From an uncultured Thermoactinomycetaceae bacterium (GTDB taxonomy: Bacteria > Bacillota > Bacilli > Thermoactinomycetales > CALJVA01): a DNA stretch of 64,000 bases. The stretch is from NCBI GenBank assembly GCA_937975135.1, contig CALJVA010000067.1, positions 17,792-81,791 on the forward strand, given 5' to 3'. Position numbers and translations under genes: made by a program. This document shows, piece by piece, positions 28,469-38,047 of this stretch. Position 1 is the stretch's first letter. The number at the start of each line of letters is the position of its first letter. A model generated the notes under the pieces. It was not told the origin of the DNA. It searched no databases and saw nothing but the letters and a program-made list of their open reading frames with translations.

Positions 28469-28618
28469 ATGGAATTGAAAGAGTTGGAAATCACAGGTTT
28501 GGAAGTAATGGACTTGAATGATGCCACTGCATTGCCAGAAACCGGAGCATCTTCAGGCTCCTCTTCTTGCTCCGCTACATCTACTTGTGGTTCTTCTTCC
28601 TGCTGCGGCTCTTGCTAA
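28469..28618 (+). CDS. Thiopeptide/lactazole-type RiPP precursor peptide A3 (49 aa)
   Basis: MELKELEITGLEVMDLNDATALPETGA-SSGSSSCSATSTCGSSSCCGSC*. RBS AGGAGGTG 5 nt upstream. Confidence 0.85.
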   Translation: MELKELEITGLEVMDLNDATALPETGASSGSSSCSATSTCGSSSCCGSC

Positions 28619-28675
28619 GCTATGGAAGAGGATAATGATTGGGGCCTACAACAAAAGTTATTACTTTTACTTACC

Positions 28676-28715
28676 AATGATGTAATCGATGTGTTTTCAC
28701 ATCGGTTACATCATT
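28676..28715 (+). promoter_or_regulatory. 18-bp stem-loop between the precursor genes and the enzyme genes (attenuator or mRNA-stabilising hairpin)
   Basis: aatgatgtaatcgatgtg-tttt-cacatcggttacatcatt: 17 Watson-Crick pairs plus one G-U. Followed by tatgtattt, a weak U-tract. Confidence 0.5.
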
Positions 28716-28776
28716 TATGTATTTAAGCAATTTTTCACATAATCTAGATAATTAGTTAAAAGTAAGGAGGATTATA

Positions 28777-31509
28777 GTGGCGCAGGCAGGAGTTGCCCTT
28801 TCAACACCCTCAAGGAAACAAGTCATTGATTTGCCTCTATTTATGCTCCGTGTGGCGGGAATGCCTATTCATGAGCTTCTGCGAATGCGGATTCCGCTGA
28901 CGATGAAGTGTCTTAAAGAAATGACCGAAAATCAAAGGTGGATTGAGGCCAACACCCAATGGATTATAGAAAAAATTGAGCAGGAAGTTCCTAAACAGAA
29001 GGATGATAAAATACGTAATCAGCTAATTCAATATAAAAGGGATATTTTTAACAATCGCTTTCCTAAAAAACGCTCCGATCACTTTCACTCTGTTTTACCT
29101 TCTTCCCTACTTGAGCAGATGAAACAATGGGAAGAAGTTTGGCTTACCATTAAAAAATTGAAAGAGGAAGCAAGTCAACATTTTCCCCAAGAGCTTACTA
29201 AGAATCGGGAAGTACTACAGGAAATTATTCAGGATCCGAACTTATTGAGAGGCGTTGTTTTAACAAGCCGCGATTTGTACTACAAGGTGAAAAAATATAT
29301 TGAAACACCGATTCCCAAGCAAAAAGCGAGATTACGAAAAGTAGAGTATTCCCTGAGCAAGTATATTTCTCGTGTAGCAGCTAAAACCAGCCCTTTTAGC
29401 ACATTCACATCTGTAGGGATTGGAGAATGGAGCTCAGAGCATAAGGATGGAAAGCTTCATATTGCCTCTCTTCAGCATAAGAGCCATGTTCAGCTGAATT
29501 ATGCAAACCTTTTGCGGGTAGTGGATGGACTGGTTAAGCAACCGGCGGTAAGAAAACATCTGTCTTACAAAGTAAACCCAACACTGATTGTCGATGAGGG
29601 CAAAGTGAAGTATATTCGACGGTTGGATGATTCTCAAAGAAGAGCCCGCGTTTTCAAGACATTGGAAACACCTGTTTCTTTGAATTTAAATCCAGCGATT
29701 CAAGCAGTGTTTTCTATTCTTCAATCGGAAGATCAGGGTAAAATCGGTTTTATTGAGTTAGCAAAAAGGCTAACTGAACAATTGTCTACTGCCCCAGAAA
29801 ATGTAGAAAAGTTTCTACATCAATTGATTGACTTAGCGATCCTTGTTCCTGATCTTCATTTATATGAACAGACAAATGAGATTATTCCATCCATATTAGA
29901 ATTAATTAAGGAATGGCCGGAAGAAATTGCACAGCGAACTGGAAGTCGATTACAAGACATGGAAGACATTCTGGCCCAATATGGCTCAGCTTCAGTTGAG
30001 GAGCGTGCCGCTTATTTGCAGCGCGTTAAAGAAATTTATCGAGATATATGCACAGACCTTCAGATTGAAATTTCGGAGACCTCTCTGGGACTCTTAGTCT
30101 ATGAAGACGCAATTTTGCAGGAAAAATCATCCTTTTCACTAGATAATTGGAAAGAGTATCTTAATGATCTAGTGGCCTACCAGTCAATTGCCCCTATTTT
30201 TGATGTTAAATTCCGCATTCAATCTGCAATTGCCCAGAAGTTTATCGAAATGTATGGGGAGGATGGAGTGTGTGATAAACCAGGGCAGTTTCTAAGTACT
30301 GTCGTTCCAACATTAACAGAGTTTTATTCTGCCTTTTTACCTACTGCCTTGCCAAAGGATTTGGAGCTTAAGAATGAGTTGAAGCCAATTCGGATATTAA
30401 ACGAGTTACAAAGAGAAATGGGCGAGTTATTATTAGAACGATTTAAGAATGAACAGGAAGAAGTCCACCTTACTCATGAAGAATTGACTTCCTTTGCAGA
30501 GCGGATTCCAAAGGAGATTGCGAGACGGCCTCTGTCCCATGACTGCTTTGTGCAACTGGTTTCCCGTAGTGATGGTGAGGATCTACTCGTACTTAACCAG
30601 ATGTATTTGGGGAATACCACCTTTTTTACACGATTTCTTTCTTATTTTCCAGAGGAAGAGATCACCCAACTACTTCGAAATTATCTATCTACTCTCTATG
30701 AAAAAGAAGGGGTACTGGCAGAAATTTCGGGCGTATATGGTTTTAATGCCAACCTTCATCCTCCTTTGACGCCGTATGAGCTGTCACTTCCCATGTTATC
30801 ACCTACAAGAGATAAAGGAGAAAAAATTAATTGGGAAGACTTGGTGATGGTATACAACAAAGAAAAAGATCGTGTGATTCTTCGTCATCCTGAACTGGGT
30901 GAAGTGACAACACTATTTTTAGGTACCCTGATTCCCATGTTGATTCCCTTTGTGGTTAATTTTATGGCAACCAATTTTAGTAATGGACATTTTTCTAATT
31001 GGTTTCATTTGTTTGCAGAACAAAAATTAACAGAGGAAGAGAAGCAGCAAGTGCGAGTCTATCCTCGTATTTCTGTCGGACGGGTAGTTGTTGCACGTAA
31101 AAAGTGGATTTTTCCCCGCTCCCAACTGGTATATCGTGAAGCGAGGGATGATGAATTTTCCTACTTTACACGAGTGCATGAGTGGAGAAAGAAGTGGGAC
31201 TTACCAGATCGTCTCTTTTTCCGTTTGGCGGCTGAGCGTCAATCAGAGGAATCAACGTTCTCTTTGGATCCCCAAGCAACAGCCAATACAGAGGAGATCG
31301 ATTTTACGGACTTTAAACCCCAATACCTTGACTTCGAAAATCCTTTATTAGTACGTATGTTTGGAAAAATGATCGCAGACAATTCTTACTATGTCATTAT
31401 GGAAGAAATGTTGCCTGATATTGATAATCTGGCTTTATCGAGTGATGGTAGTTCTTATGTTTCAGAACTTTTAGTAGAACTTAGTCGACCAGGATTGAGG
31501 GAGGAATAG
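28777..31509 (+). CDS. LanB-type dehydratase, N-terminal glutamylation domain protein (Lant_dehydr_N)
   Basis: 910 aa. N-terminal FMLRVAGMPIHEL motif and size are typical of split class I lanthipeptide/thiopeptide dehydratases (TclK/LazB-like). GTG start after AAGGAGGA. Confidence 0.8.
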   Translation: MAQAGVALSTPSRKQVIDLPLFMLRVAGMPIHELLRMRIPLTMKCLKEMTENQRWIEANTQWIIEKIEQEVPKQKDDKIRNQLIQYKRDIFNNRFPKKRSDHFHSVLPSSLLEQMKQWEEVWLTIKKLKEEASQHFPQELTKNREVLQEIIQDPNLLRGVVLTSRDLYYKVKKYIETPIPKQKARLRKVEYSLSKYISRVAAKTSPFSTFTSVGIGEWSSEHKDGKLHIASLQHKSHVQLNYANLLRVVDGLVKQPAVRKHLSYKVNPTLIVDEGKVKYIRRLDDSQRRARVFKTLETPVSLNLNPAIQAVFSILQSEDQGKIGFIELAKRLTEQLSTAPENVEKFLHQLIDLAILVPDLHLYEQTNEIIPSILELIKEWPEEIAQRTGSRLQDMEDILAQYGSASVEERAAYLQRVKEIYRDICTDLQIEISETSLGLLVYEDAILQEKSSFSLDNWKEYLNDLVAYQSIAPIFDVKFRIQSAIAQKFIEMYGEDGVCDKPGQFLSTVVPTLTEFYSAFLPTALPKDLELKNELKPIRILNELQREMGELLLERFKNEQEEVHLTHEELTSFAERIPKEIARRPLSHDCFVQLVSRSDGEDLLVLNQMYLGNTTFFTRFLSYFPEEEITQLLRNYLSTLYEKEGVLAEISGVYGFNANLHPPLTPYELSLPMLSPTRDKGEKINWEDLVMVYNKEKDRVILRHPELGEVTTLFLGTLIPMLIPFVVNFMATNFSNGHFSNWFHLFAEQKLTEEEKQQVRVYPRISVGRVVVARKKWIFPRSQLVYREARDDEFSYFTRVHEWRKKWDLPDRLFFRLAAERQSEESTFSLDPQATANTEEIDFTDFKPQYLDFENPLLVRMFGKMIADNSYYVIMEEMLPDIDNLALSSDGSSYVSELLVELSRPGLREE

Positions 31510-31512
31510 TTT

Positions 31513-32652
31513 TTGTGGAAAGCGATTCATATTTATTATTACCAAGATGATAAAGAAGGTTTGTTACTGGATGGCATTCGTCCTGTAGTCAAAAGTTTGC
31601 GCGATACATACCAGGTTGAACGTATTTATCTAAAGAGACATTGGAAATTGGGTCCTCACATTATTTTATATGTCGATGCTTTGGAAGAAAGATTTGAAAA
31701 AGTACTTTATCCCTTTATTGAACAAGAAATTTACAAGTATCTTAAGGAACACCCATCGACACAGGTGATCGATCCCGTTGCTTATGTAAAGCAATCAGAA
31801 ACATTGGGTGCGTGGGAGCTGGAACCAGGCCCTTATGAACCGCTTGAACCAGACAATTCCATCAGTGTTAAGCCTGTTCGATCTCGAGCTGAATTGGTCA
31901 ATGGGGAAGAAGTAGCTCATCTCATTGAGAACTTTATGGTAGACAGTGTTGATCTTGTGTTTGACTGTTTGGATTCTACTCGAGGTCAAATTAATCAGCG
32001 GTATGGAAAACTGATTCAGATGATGGCTGTAATTGGCCAAATGTATCCCGTTGATGGGATTATCCGTGGTCATCTTTCTTATCGATCCCATGTTGAAGGG
32101 TATTTGCATTCTTTTGATAAAGAGGGAAAGATTCGACAAGTTTTTTTAGAAAATGAACGTGGAATGATGAAGACCGTCGATCATCTTGTACGGGATATTA
32201 TGGACCATACAAATGAGGATGGTACTTACGGAGGGGACGACCCCTTTTTACAGTCCTGGTCAGAAGTTCTTTCTAAATTGTATCAAGAAGCATTCCCTCT
32301 GGCTCAAGCAGGAAAAATTAACGCTGACACATCCCACTATAGAGAGATTGCCGCTAGAATAGGGGAACAAGCAAAAAAGCGTTGGGATCTAACACAGGAT
32401 CAAAGCGATTTTCACCGGCATCTTCAATCGGAAGAAGAAGGTTTGCGTGTTTTAAACAGTCCTGAATTTGCAACCTATCGTATCTTGGTAAATAATTTTT
32501 ATTCCTTGTTGCCTCTTTTGGGAATTAATCCAAATGTAAAGCACTTACTCTGTTTTCTGGTTGCCAATTCTGTAGAGAGAATTGCACAAGTAACATGGCA
32601 GGAACTTATGGGATATCAAAAGGGTGAGAATACTTATGAAACCAAAACTTAA
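31513..32652 (+). CDS. Thiopeptide-type bacteriocin biosynthesis domain protein (SpaB_C / Lant_dehydr_C): glutamate-elimination partner or pyridine synthase
   Basis: 379 aa. Family hallmark W..IHIYYY....LLLDGIRPVV...YLKRHWKLGPHIILYV. Confidence 0.75.
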   Translation: MWKAIHIYYYQDDKEGLLLDGIRPVVKSLRDTYQVERIYLKRHWKLGPHIILYVDALEERFEKVLYPFIEQEIYKYLKEHPSTQVIDPVAYVKQSETLGAWELEPGPYEPLEPDNSISVKPVRSRAELVNGEEVAHLIENFMVDSVDLVFDCLDSTRGQINQRYGKLIQMMAVIGQMYPVDGIIRGHLSYRSHVEGYLHSFDKEGKIRQVFLENERGMMKTVDHLVRDIMDHTNEDGTYGGDDPFLQSWSEVLSKLYQEAFPLAQAGKINADTSHYREIAARIGEQAKKRWDLTQDQSDFHRHLQSEEEGLRVLNSPEFATYRILVNNFYSLLPLLGINPNVKHLLCFLVANSVERIAQVTWQELMGYQKGENTYETKT

Positions 32653-34498
32653 ACAGACTGTTCACTTCGCACCAACAGAAGACGGGGTATATTTTAAGAC
32701 ATGGACCGGTGAATTTGCGATCAAAGGCAAAGGGTTGTATCAATGGATTGAACAGATGGTACCTTATTTAGATGGAAATAGAACCATTGAAGAGCTGGTG
32801 GAACCTTTATCTCCCGAACAAGAACAGTTTGTGAGGCATCTCATTAATCAGCTGGTACAGCGTGGTGTAATTAAAGATGCGACTGAGGAATCCCATGTAG
32901 TCTTATCGGAGCGGGAAAAAGAGCTTTATCAACAGACTATCCTGTACTTAGAAGAGTATGCTTCTGATGGACGAAAACAATTTCAACGGTTTCGGCACAG
33001 TCAATGGATGGTTTTTGGTTCTGGATTAAGTTACCGTTCCTGTGTTCGTTCAGTAATTTCCCTTGGAGTAAAAACACTTTACTTAGAAAAGACAGAAGAT
33101 ATCACCTTGATTCGTTGGATCGAAAAGTGGCAAAAGAAAGATCCTGAATTTAAAGTGACATGGATCTCCAGTGAGAAAGAAGAGGAAATTCTAGATACAG
33201 TTGTCGATAAGCAACTTGATCTAGCAATCTATGTGAGTGATCAGTATGATTCCGAGCGGATTTCTTCTTTGATCCAGTTCCTTGGAAAACATGAGATAGA
33301 TCTTCTGATCACCAGCAATATCGAAAACCGAGGGATTGTAGGTCCTATCATTACTAAAGAAGAACCAACAAGTTGGTACAGTCTACAGGATCGTCTGCAT
33401 CCAAAGAAGGAGGTTGCTGCTTCTCCTCCTCCTACTTTTTATCTCATGCTTGGCAATCTTGCTGCTTTGGAGGCATTTAAGTTTGTCAATGGATTGCCAG
33501 ATCAAGGGGTAGTGGATGGAGTTGTTATTTTGACGCCGGAGCAACTGGAGACGAAGCGTCATCCTGTTTTGTCATCTCCCTTCTTTAACAAGAAGGAGAG
33601 TGTGGATGAAGAAGAATGGCTACATCGTTTTCAGAAGAAATCAGAGGAAGAGGATCAAGAGGTATTCCTAGAACAAATTGCAGAGATCAGTGATCCACAG
33701 CTTGGAATCCTTCATCCAGTTCATCCTGGGGATCTCTGGCAGATTCCACTTCTTTTTATGGGAGCAACGCTTCATTTTCCTCGTTCTATGAATCGTGAAA
33801 TCAAGCAATTTGTAGCAGGGAAAGAAAATGTATCAGATGCAACGGAGCAAGTGATCCGAGATGCACTCACTTATTATGCTCAAACGATTCACGAATACGA
33901 AGGAGATGAAGAGCTTGCTGCTACGTCATATGTTTGGGAAAACGGACGAACTTTTGCTGAATGGTTGGGCAGAGGCGCCTTGAAGGCTTGGGCTCAGATG
34001 GTGAAACAGTCAGCACCAGCCAAGGAGCTGCCTTTGGAGATTCCCTCCTTAAAAATTGGTACCTATGTAAAAATGTTATCCCTTCGTTATGGGTGTAACA
34101 TCCGCTTAATTGAAGTGGATCTAGGTTTACCTTCTTCCCATTATGTACAAGTATTGGACAATGGAAACATATTGGCAGAAAGTGTGGGTCGTACTCAGGA
34201 TGAAGCGGTTGAACTCGCCTTGGTACAGGGAATCAGCCAAATGCAGTTGAAAAATCATCATCCGGAACTTTGTGATCCTTTGGAACCCTCTTGGTTTGCT
34301 AGATCACTTGAAGTAGGTGAGTGGGAAAATAAGCAACCCATACCTTCCTGGCAGGAATGGAAAAGGAATGCAGAAGAGTATTGGAAAGAAAAGGGATGGG
34401 AGCTGATTGTAAAACCCTGGTATCGTGACCCAGCTTGCTATGAAGCAGGTTTGTTGATTGGGCGGATCGGATTTAAAGAAGGGAGAGGGGTTGAATGA
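32636..34498 (+). CDS. TOMM/thiopeptide leader-peptide-binding (RRE / E1-like) cyclodehydratase partner protein
   Basis: The N-terminus KLKQTVHFAPTEDGVYFKTWTGEFAIKGKGLYQWIEQMVPYLDGNRTIEELV is typical of PqqD-like RRE N-termini of azoline-forming C proteins. The C-terminal GRTQDEAVELALVQGI weakly recalls a YcaO motif. Confidence 0.6.
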   Translation: MKPKLKQTVHFAPTEDGVYFKTWTGEFAIKGKGLYQWIEQMVPYLDGNRTIEELVEPLSPEQEQFVRHLINQLVQRGVIKDATEESHVVLSEREKELYQQTILYLEEYASDGRKQFQRFRHSQWMVFGSGLSYRSCVRSVISLGVKTLYLEKTEDITLIRWIEKWQKKDPEFKVTWISSEKEEEILDTVVDKQLDLAIYVSDQYDSERISSLIQFLGKHEIDLLITSNIENRGIVGPIITKEEPTSWYSLQDRLHPKKEVAASPPPTFYLMLGNLAALEAFKFVNGLPDQGVVDGVVILTPEQLETKRHPVLSSPFFNKKESVDEEEWLHRFQKKSEEEDQEVFLEQIAEISDPQLGILHPVHPGDLWQIPLLFMGATLHFPRSMNREIKQFVAGKENVSDATEQVIRDALTYYAQTIHEYEGDEELAATSYVWENGRTFAEWLGRGALKAWAQMVKQSAPAKELPLEIPSLKIGTYVKMLSLRYGCNIRLIEVDLGLPSSHYVQVLDNGNILAESVGRTQDEAVELALVQGISQMQLKNHHPELCDPLEPSWFARSLEVGEWENKQPIPSWQEWKRNAEEYWKEKGWELIVKPWYRDPACYEAGLLIGRIGFKEGRGVE

Positions 34499-36462
34499 AG
34501 CGGCAGATTTGGGTAGTTGGAGAGGGAACCTTTGCTGACCAGGTATTGAAGCAAATCGAAGTAAATGCTTCACTAATCCAAAAATGTATCGCCGATTTAC
34601 ATGAAGCAAATGATCAACATCAACCAGATGTAATTCTAAGTTTGCTTGATTACCGTGGAATTGAAGAGGAGTTGGAGATCCAAAGAATTGCAGGTCGCTT
34701 GCAAGTACCCTACTTACGTGCTCACTTATATACGGATCGGGCCTATATTGGGCCTTGGGTAATGCCCGAGAAAGAAGGATGTATTCGCTGTGCAGAGTAT
34801 CGGATGAGGACGGCCCATCCACATCGTGACATGGAAGAGGGAATGGTGAAGGCACAAAAAAGTGTACGTTATCTAGAAGCAAAAAAGTGCTGGAGCGTTC
34901 CCTTTCTTTCCTATTGTAGTGTGTTGATTGAAGGAGAATTGCAACAGTGGATTTCTGGAGGGCCATTGCAATTGATTGAGCAGATGTATGTGGGTTACGA
35001 TCATTTACTCACCGGACAGCTTCATCGGTTTCAGCCGAATCCAGTCTGCCCCGAATGCAGTCCTCTTCCCGATGATACCCCCGAGCTTTGCCAGTTAAAT
35101 CTTGTTCCACGACGCAAACCATCTCCACGAACCTATCGCTTACCCAATCCGAATCTGTCCAGAGAAAATTTGCGTCGTCAATTTTATGACTGGCGGATGG
35201 GAATATTTCGTCATATCTACCGGGATATTTATTCAAGTTTGTTACCGATTTGTGGGTCGGAACTACCTTTGGATGATCGGATGATCGAACGTGGTTTTGG
35301 GCGGACGACAACATTTAATGATTCGGAAAAGACCGCAATGTTGGAAGCTCTAGAAAGGTATGCTGGTATGAAACCGCGGGGCAAACGGACCGTGGTTCGA
35401 GGTTCTTATCGGGAGCTAAAAGATCGGGCGATTCACCCCCCGTCATTGGGCCTTCATGATCCAAAACAAGCGAATGAGCCAGGGTATAATTATCGGCCCT
35501 ACGATGATGATACTCCCTTTAACTGGGTTTGGGCCTATTCCTGGAAAGAAAAAAAGCCCGTTTTGATTCCAGAACAAATGGTTTATTACCGCTCCACAGA
35601 AACGAAGGATCGCTTTGTTTATGAAACCTCTAATGGTTGTGCGATGGGAGGGTCCTTAGAAGAAGCAATCTTCTATGCATTGTTGGAAGTGATTGAGCGG
35701 GATGCTTTCTTGATTGCTTGGTATAATCGCTTGCCTTTGGTTCATTTGGATATTGAAGATGTGAAAGATCCCAATATTTTGTTGGTTAAAGATCGCGTTA
35801 CTGCGATGGGATATCAGCTCCACTTTTTCGATATGACCATGGATAGTAAGGTTCCAAGTATATGGGCTACTTTGATCAATCCCGCTGAAGATGCTGGAGT
35901 GAAAACCTATTCCGCCGCCGGAGCTCACCCTGATCCCGAAAAGGCACTAATGGGGGCAATGGTGGAAGTTGTTACCTCTGTACCAATTTATGAACAAACC
36001 ATGCCACAACAGCGGGATCGTGCAACAGAGATGGTAAAGGATCCAGGAAAAGTTCAATTGATGGAAGATCATGTATTGCTTTATTCCCATCCTGATACGC
36101 TGAGTCGGTTTGATTTTTTGTTTACAGAACAAAGTAAAACAAAAAAAATGCGGGAGGCATATCGGGACTGGTATGAAAAGACACCCCCAGAAGATTTGAC
36201 AGAAGAACTTACGGCTTTAGTTGAGCGAATCCTCCAGAATAACCATGATCTTCTAATTGTTGATGAAACCACTCCCGAACTACGAAAAGTAGGAATTTAT
36301 GCGGTAAAGGTTTTTGTTCAAGGAATGCTTACGATGTCCTTCGGTCATCAGTATCGCAGGATTATTCTTGACCGTGTACAACAAGCCCCCATTTTGGCTG
36401 GCTATCGTACACATCCGATCAAGGAAGAAGAGATCAATCTTCATCCTCACCCCTTTCCGTGA
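34495..36462 (+). CDS. YcaO-family cyclodehydratase (azoline synthase) with N-terminal E1-like/zinc-ribbon region
   Basis: 655 aa. YcaO motifs GFGRTTTFNDSEKTAMLEALERYAG and ETSNGCAMGGSLEEAIFYALLEVIERDAF. N-terminal CIRC...CPEC cysteine pairs. ATGA overlap with the upstream gene. Confidence 0.85.
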   Translation: MKRQIWVVGEGTFADQVLKQIEVNASLIQKCIADLHEANDQHQPDVILSLLDYRGIEEELEIQRIAGRLQVPYLRAHLYTDRAYIGPWVMPEKEGCIRCAEYRMRTAHPHRDMEEGMVKAQKSVRYLEAKKCWSVPFLSYCSVLIEGELQQWISGGPLQLIEQMYVGYDHLLTGQLHRFQPNPVCPECSPLPDDTPELCQLNLVPRRKPSPRTYRLPNPNLSRENLRRQFYDWRMGIFRHIYRDIYSSLLPICGSELPLDDRMIERGFGRTTTFNDSEKTAMLEALERYAGMKPRGKRTVVRGSYRELKDRAIHPPSLGLHDPKQANEPGYNYRPYDDDTPFNWVWAYSWKEKKPVLIPEQMVYYRSTETKDRFVYETSNGCAMGGSLEEAIFYALLEVIERDAFLIAWYNRLPLVHLDIEDVKDPNILLVKDRVTAMGYQLHFFDMTMDSKVPSIWATLINPAEDAGVKTYSAAGAHPDPEKALMGAMVEVVTSVPIYEQTMPQQRDRATEMVKDPGKVQLMEDHVLLYSHPDTLSRFDFLFTEQSKTKKMREAYRDWYEKTPPEDLTEELTALVERILQNNHDLLIVDETTPELRKVGIYAVKVFVQGMLTMSFGHQYRRIILDRVQQAPILAGYRTHPIKEEEINLHPHPFP

Positions 36463-36472
36463 GGTGGACTTA

Positions 36473-38020
36473 ATGAATCGAGATCTTACCATCGGTCGCA
36501 CTTTTATTCACAATAAAACCTATTACCGTTTTCGGACGGCTCAAGATTTAAAATTGCGATCAGTTCCGGAAAGGTTTGTAACTGAGAAACCCGCAAAAAA
36601 AATGATTCCTTTAACGTGGGATGTATATCCTGATTTGGGGGAGATGGAGAGCTTTGGTCCGTTAAAAGTCCCATCTTTTGAGAGGAGAATAGCAACGCTT
36701 CTTTACTATACAATGGGACTTCTCCGTTATGAGGTGAATAGTCCACGGGCGTTTCATCGCCCTTTTCCTTCTCCTCGTGGTCTCTACGCATCGGAGATTT
36801 ACCTCTCTCTTCCTCAAGAAATAATCGGGGAAGCTGGTATCTATCGCTACAATCCGCTTTACCACGCTGTGGAAAAAAGGCGTTCGTTTACAGGATGGCA
36901 ACAGATTGAAGCAGCAATTGGTATCTCGCTTACAGATGCACAAGGTGTACTCGTGTTAGGTATTGACTTTTGGCGCATCGCCCATGTCTACGATGATTTT
37001 GCGCTAAATTTGGCCACGATAGAGGCAGGGCATGCTTTGGGACAGATCCTCCTTACGGCCCAACGTTTATCATGGGATGTTTCTGTTCATTACACCTTCA
37101 TAGATCAAGAGATTTTATCCTTATTTGGGTTGAACGAAGCGGAAGAAGCTCCGTTGGCCGTAATTGTTTTATGGCCTGCAGGGAAGAAAAAAATTGAGCC
37201 GGCCACCAAATTCTTTGCTCCATCGTTACCGCCCTTCACCGTCCATTCCCGCTATAGCCGGGAAATGGCACAGTGCAAGGAGATGCTGGAAATGGTACGA
37301 GCCTCTCGATTGCGTCGAGGGGATCCCTTTCCCTTAATAGAGATAGAGAAGGGTATATTCGAAGGAGATAAAAAAAGAATGGATTGGGTGCCGTTTCAAG
37401 TAGTAGGAGCAGAGTGGCATGATCCCAGTTGGCTAGAAGCGGTGAAAAGGCGAAGTTCGGGAAATGATCTGGGGGGGATGATGGCAGCCAGTACGTCCCT
37501 TAGCTTTACCCAGTTATCGAAGATGTTGCTCTTATTATTAGGGGAAAAACAATGGGAATGGCAAGTGGCATTAAAACATGTGAAAATTTTTGTGGTGGCT
37601 AATCGGGTGAATAATCTTAGGTCAGGTATTTATCGGGTAGTAAGAGAGCCGGATGGATTGATCCCTTACCGACAAGGATCTATGGGGGAATTACTGCAGA
37701 AATTGAGTATTTATTCTCCACAAAGTTGGAATGCCCATTCTTTTCCCGTCTCTATTTTTCTGGCGGTCGACTATCAAAGTGTACTGGAACGGTATGGAAA
37801 TCGCGGTTTTCAGATGGTTCAGCTGTGGATGGGTCAGATTAGCCAACATCTATCCTTATCAGCTGCTGCGATGGACTTTTTCTTACGTCCCCTTAAAAGC
37901 TTCTACGAAGAAGAAGTTGAACATGCTTTTGGTTTGTTATCAACGAAGGATACAATTGCTTATCAACTTATTTTGGGAAAAAATAAAACACCTTATTTAT
38001 CTTTCGATCTTGGATTTTAA
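36473..38020 (+). CDS. SagB-type (nitroreductase-fold, FMN) azoline dehydrogenase, two-lobed 515-aa form
   Basis: ATG 36473 follows GAGGTGG. PSPRGLYASEIYL and RRSSGNDL motifs are typical of SagB/McbC-type dehydrogenases. The track start at 36314 would overlap the YcaO gene by about 150 nt. Confidence 0.75.
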   Translation: MNRDLTIGRTFIHNKTYYRFRTAQDLKLRSVPERFVTEKPAKKMIPLTWDVYPDLGEMESFGPLKVPSFERRIATLLYYTMGLLRYEVNSPRAFHRPFPSPRGLYASEIYLSLPQEIIGEAGIYRYNPLYHAVEKRRSFTGWQQIEAAIGISLTDAQGVLVLGIDFWRIAHVYDDFALNLATIEAGHALGQILLTAQRLSWDVSVHYTFIDQEILSLFGLNEAEEAPLAVIVLWPAGKKKIEPATKFFAPSLPPFTVHSRYSREMAQCKEMLEMVRASRLRRGDPFPLIEIEKGIFEGDKKRMDWVPFQVVGAEWHDPSWLEAVKRRSSGNDLGGMMAASTSLSFTQLSKMLLLLLGEKQWEWQVALKHVKIFVVANRVNNLRSGIYRVVREPDGLIPYRQGSMGELLQKLSIYSPQSWNAHSFPVSIFLAVDYQSVLERYGNRGFQMVQLWMGQISQHLSLSAAAMDFFLRPLKSFYEEEVEHAFGLLSTKDTIAYQLILGKNKTPYLSFDLGF

Positions 38021-38047
38021 ATTAAGACGAGGTGACGGTTAACTCAT

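Noticed and set aside
34304-34966. 220-aa antisense ORF across the RRE/YcaO gene junction. Similar long antisense ORFs occur at 46717-47250 (177 aa), 61613-62083 (156 aa), 7140-7595 (151 aa) and 5914-6357 (147 aa).
   Set aside because: These are shadow or alternative frames inside genes with strong family signatures. Their compositions are low-complexity or Ser/Arg/Pro-rich, they have no RBS, and they have no motifs.
36314-36472. Upstream extension of the SagB dehydrogenase ORF given in the track (start at 36314)
   Set aside because: It would overlap the YcaO gene by about 150 nt and read its 3' end out of frame. ATG 36473 has a GAGGTGG RBS and lies 10 nt after the YcaO stop.
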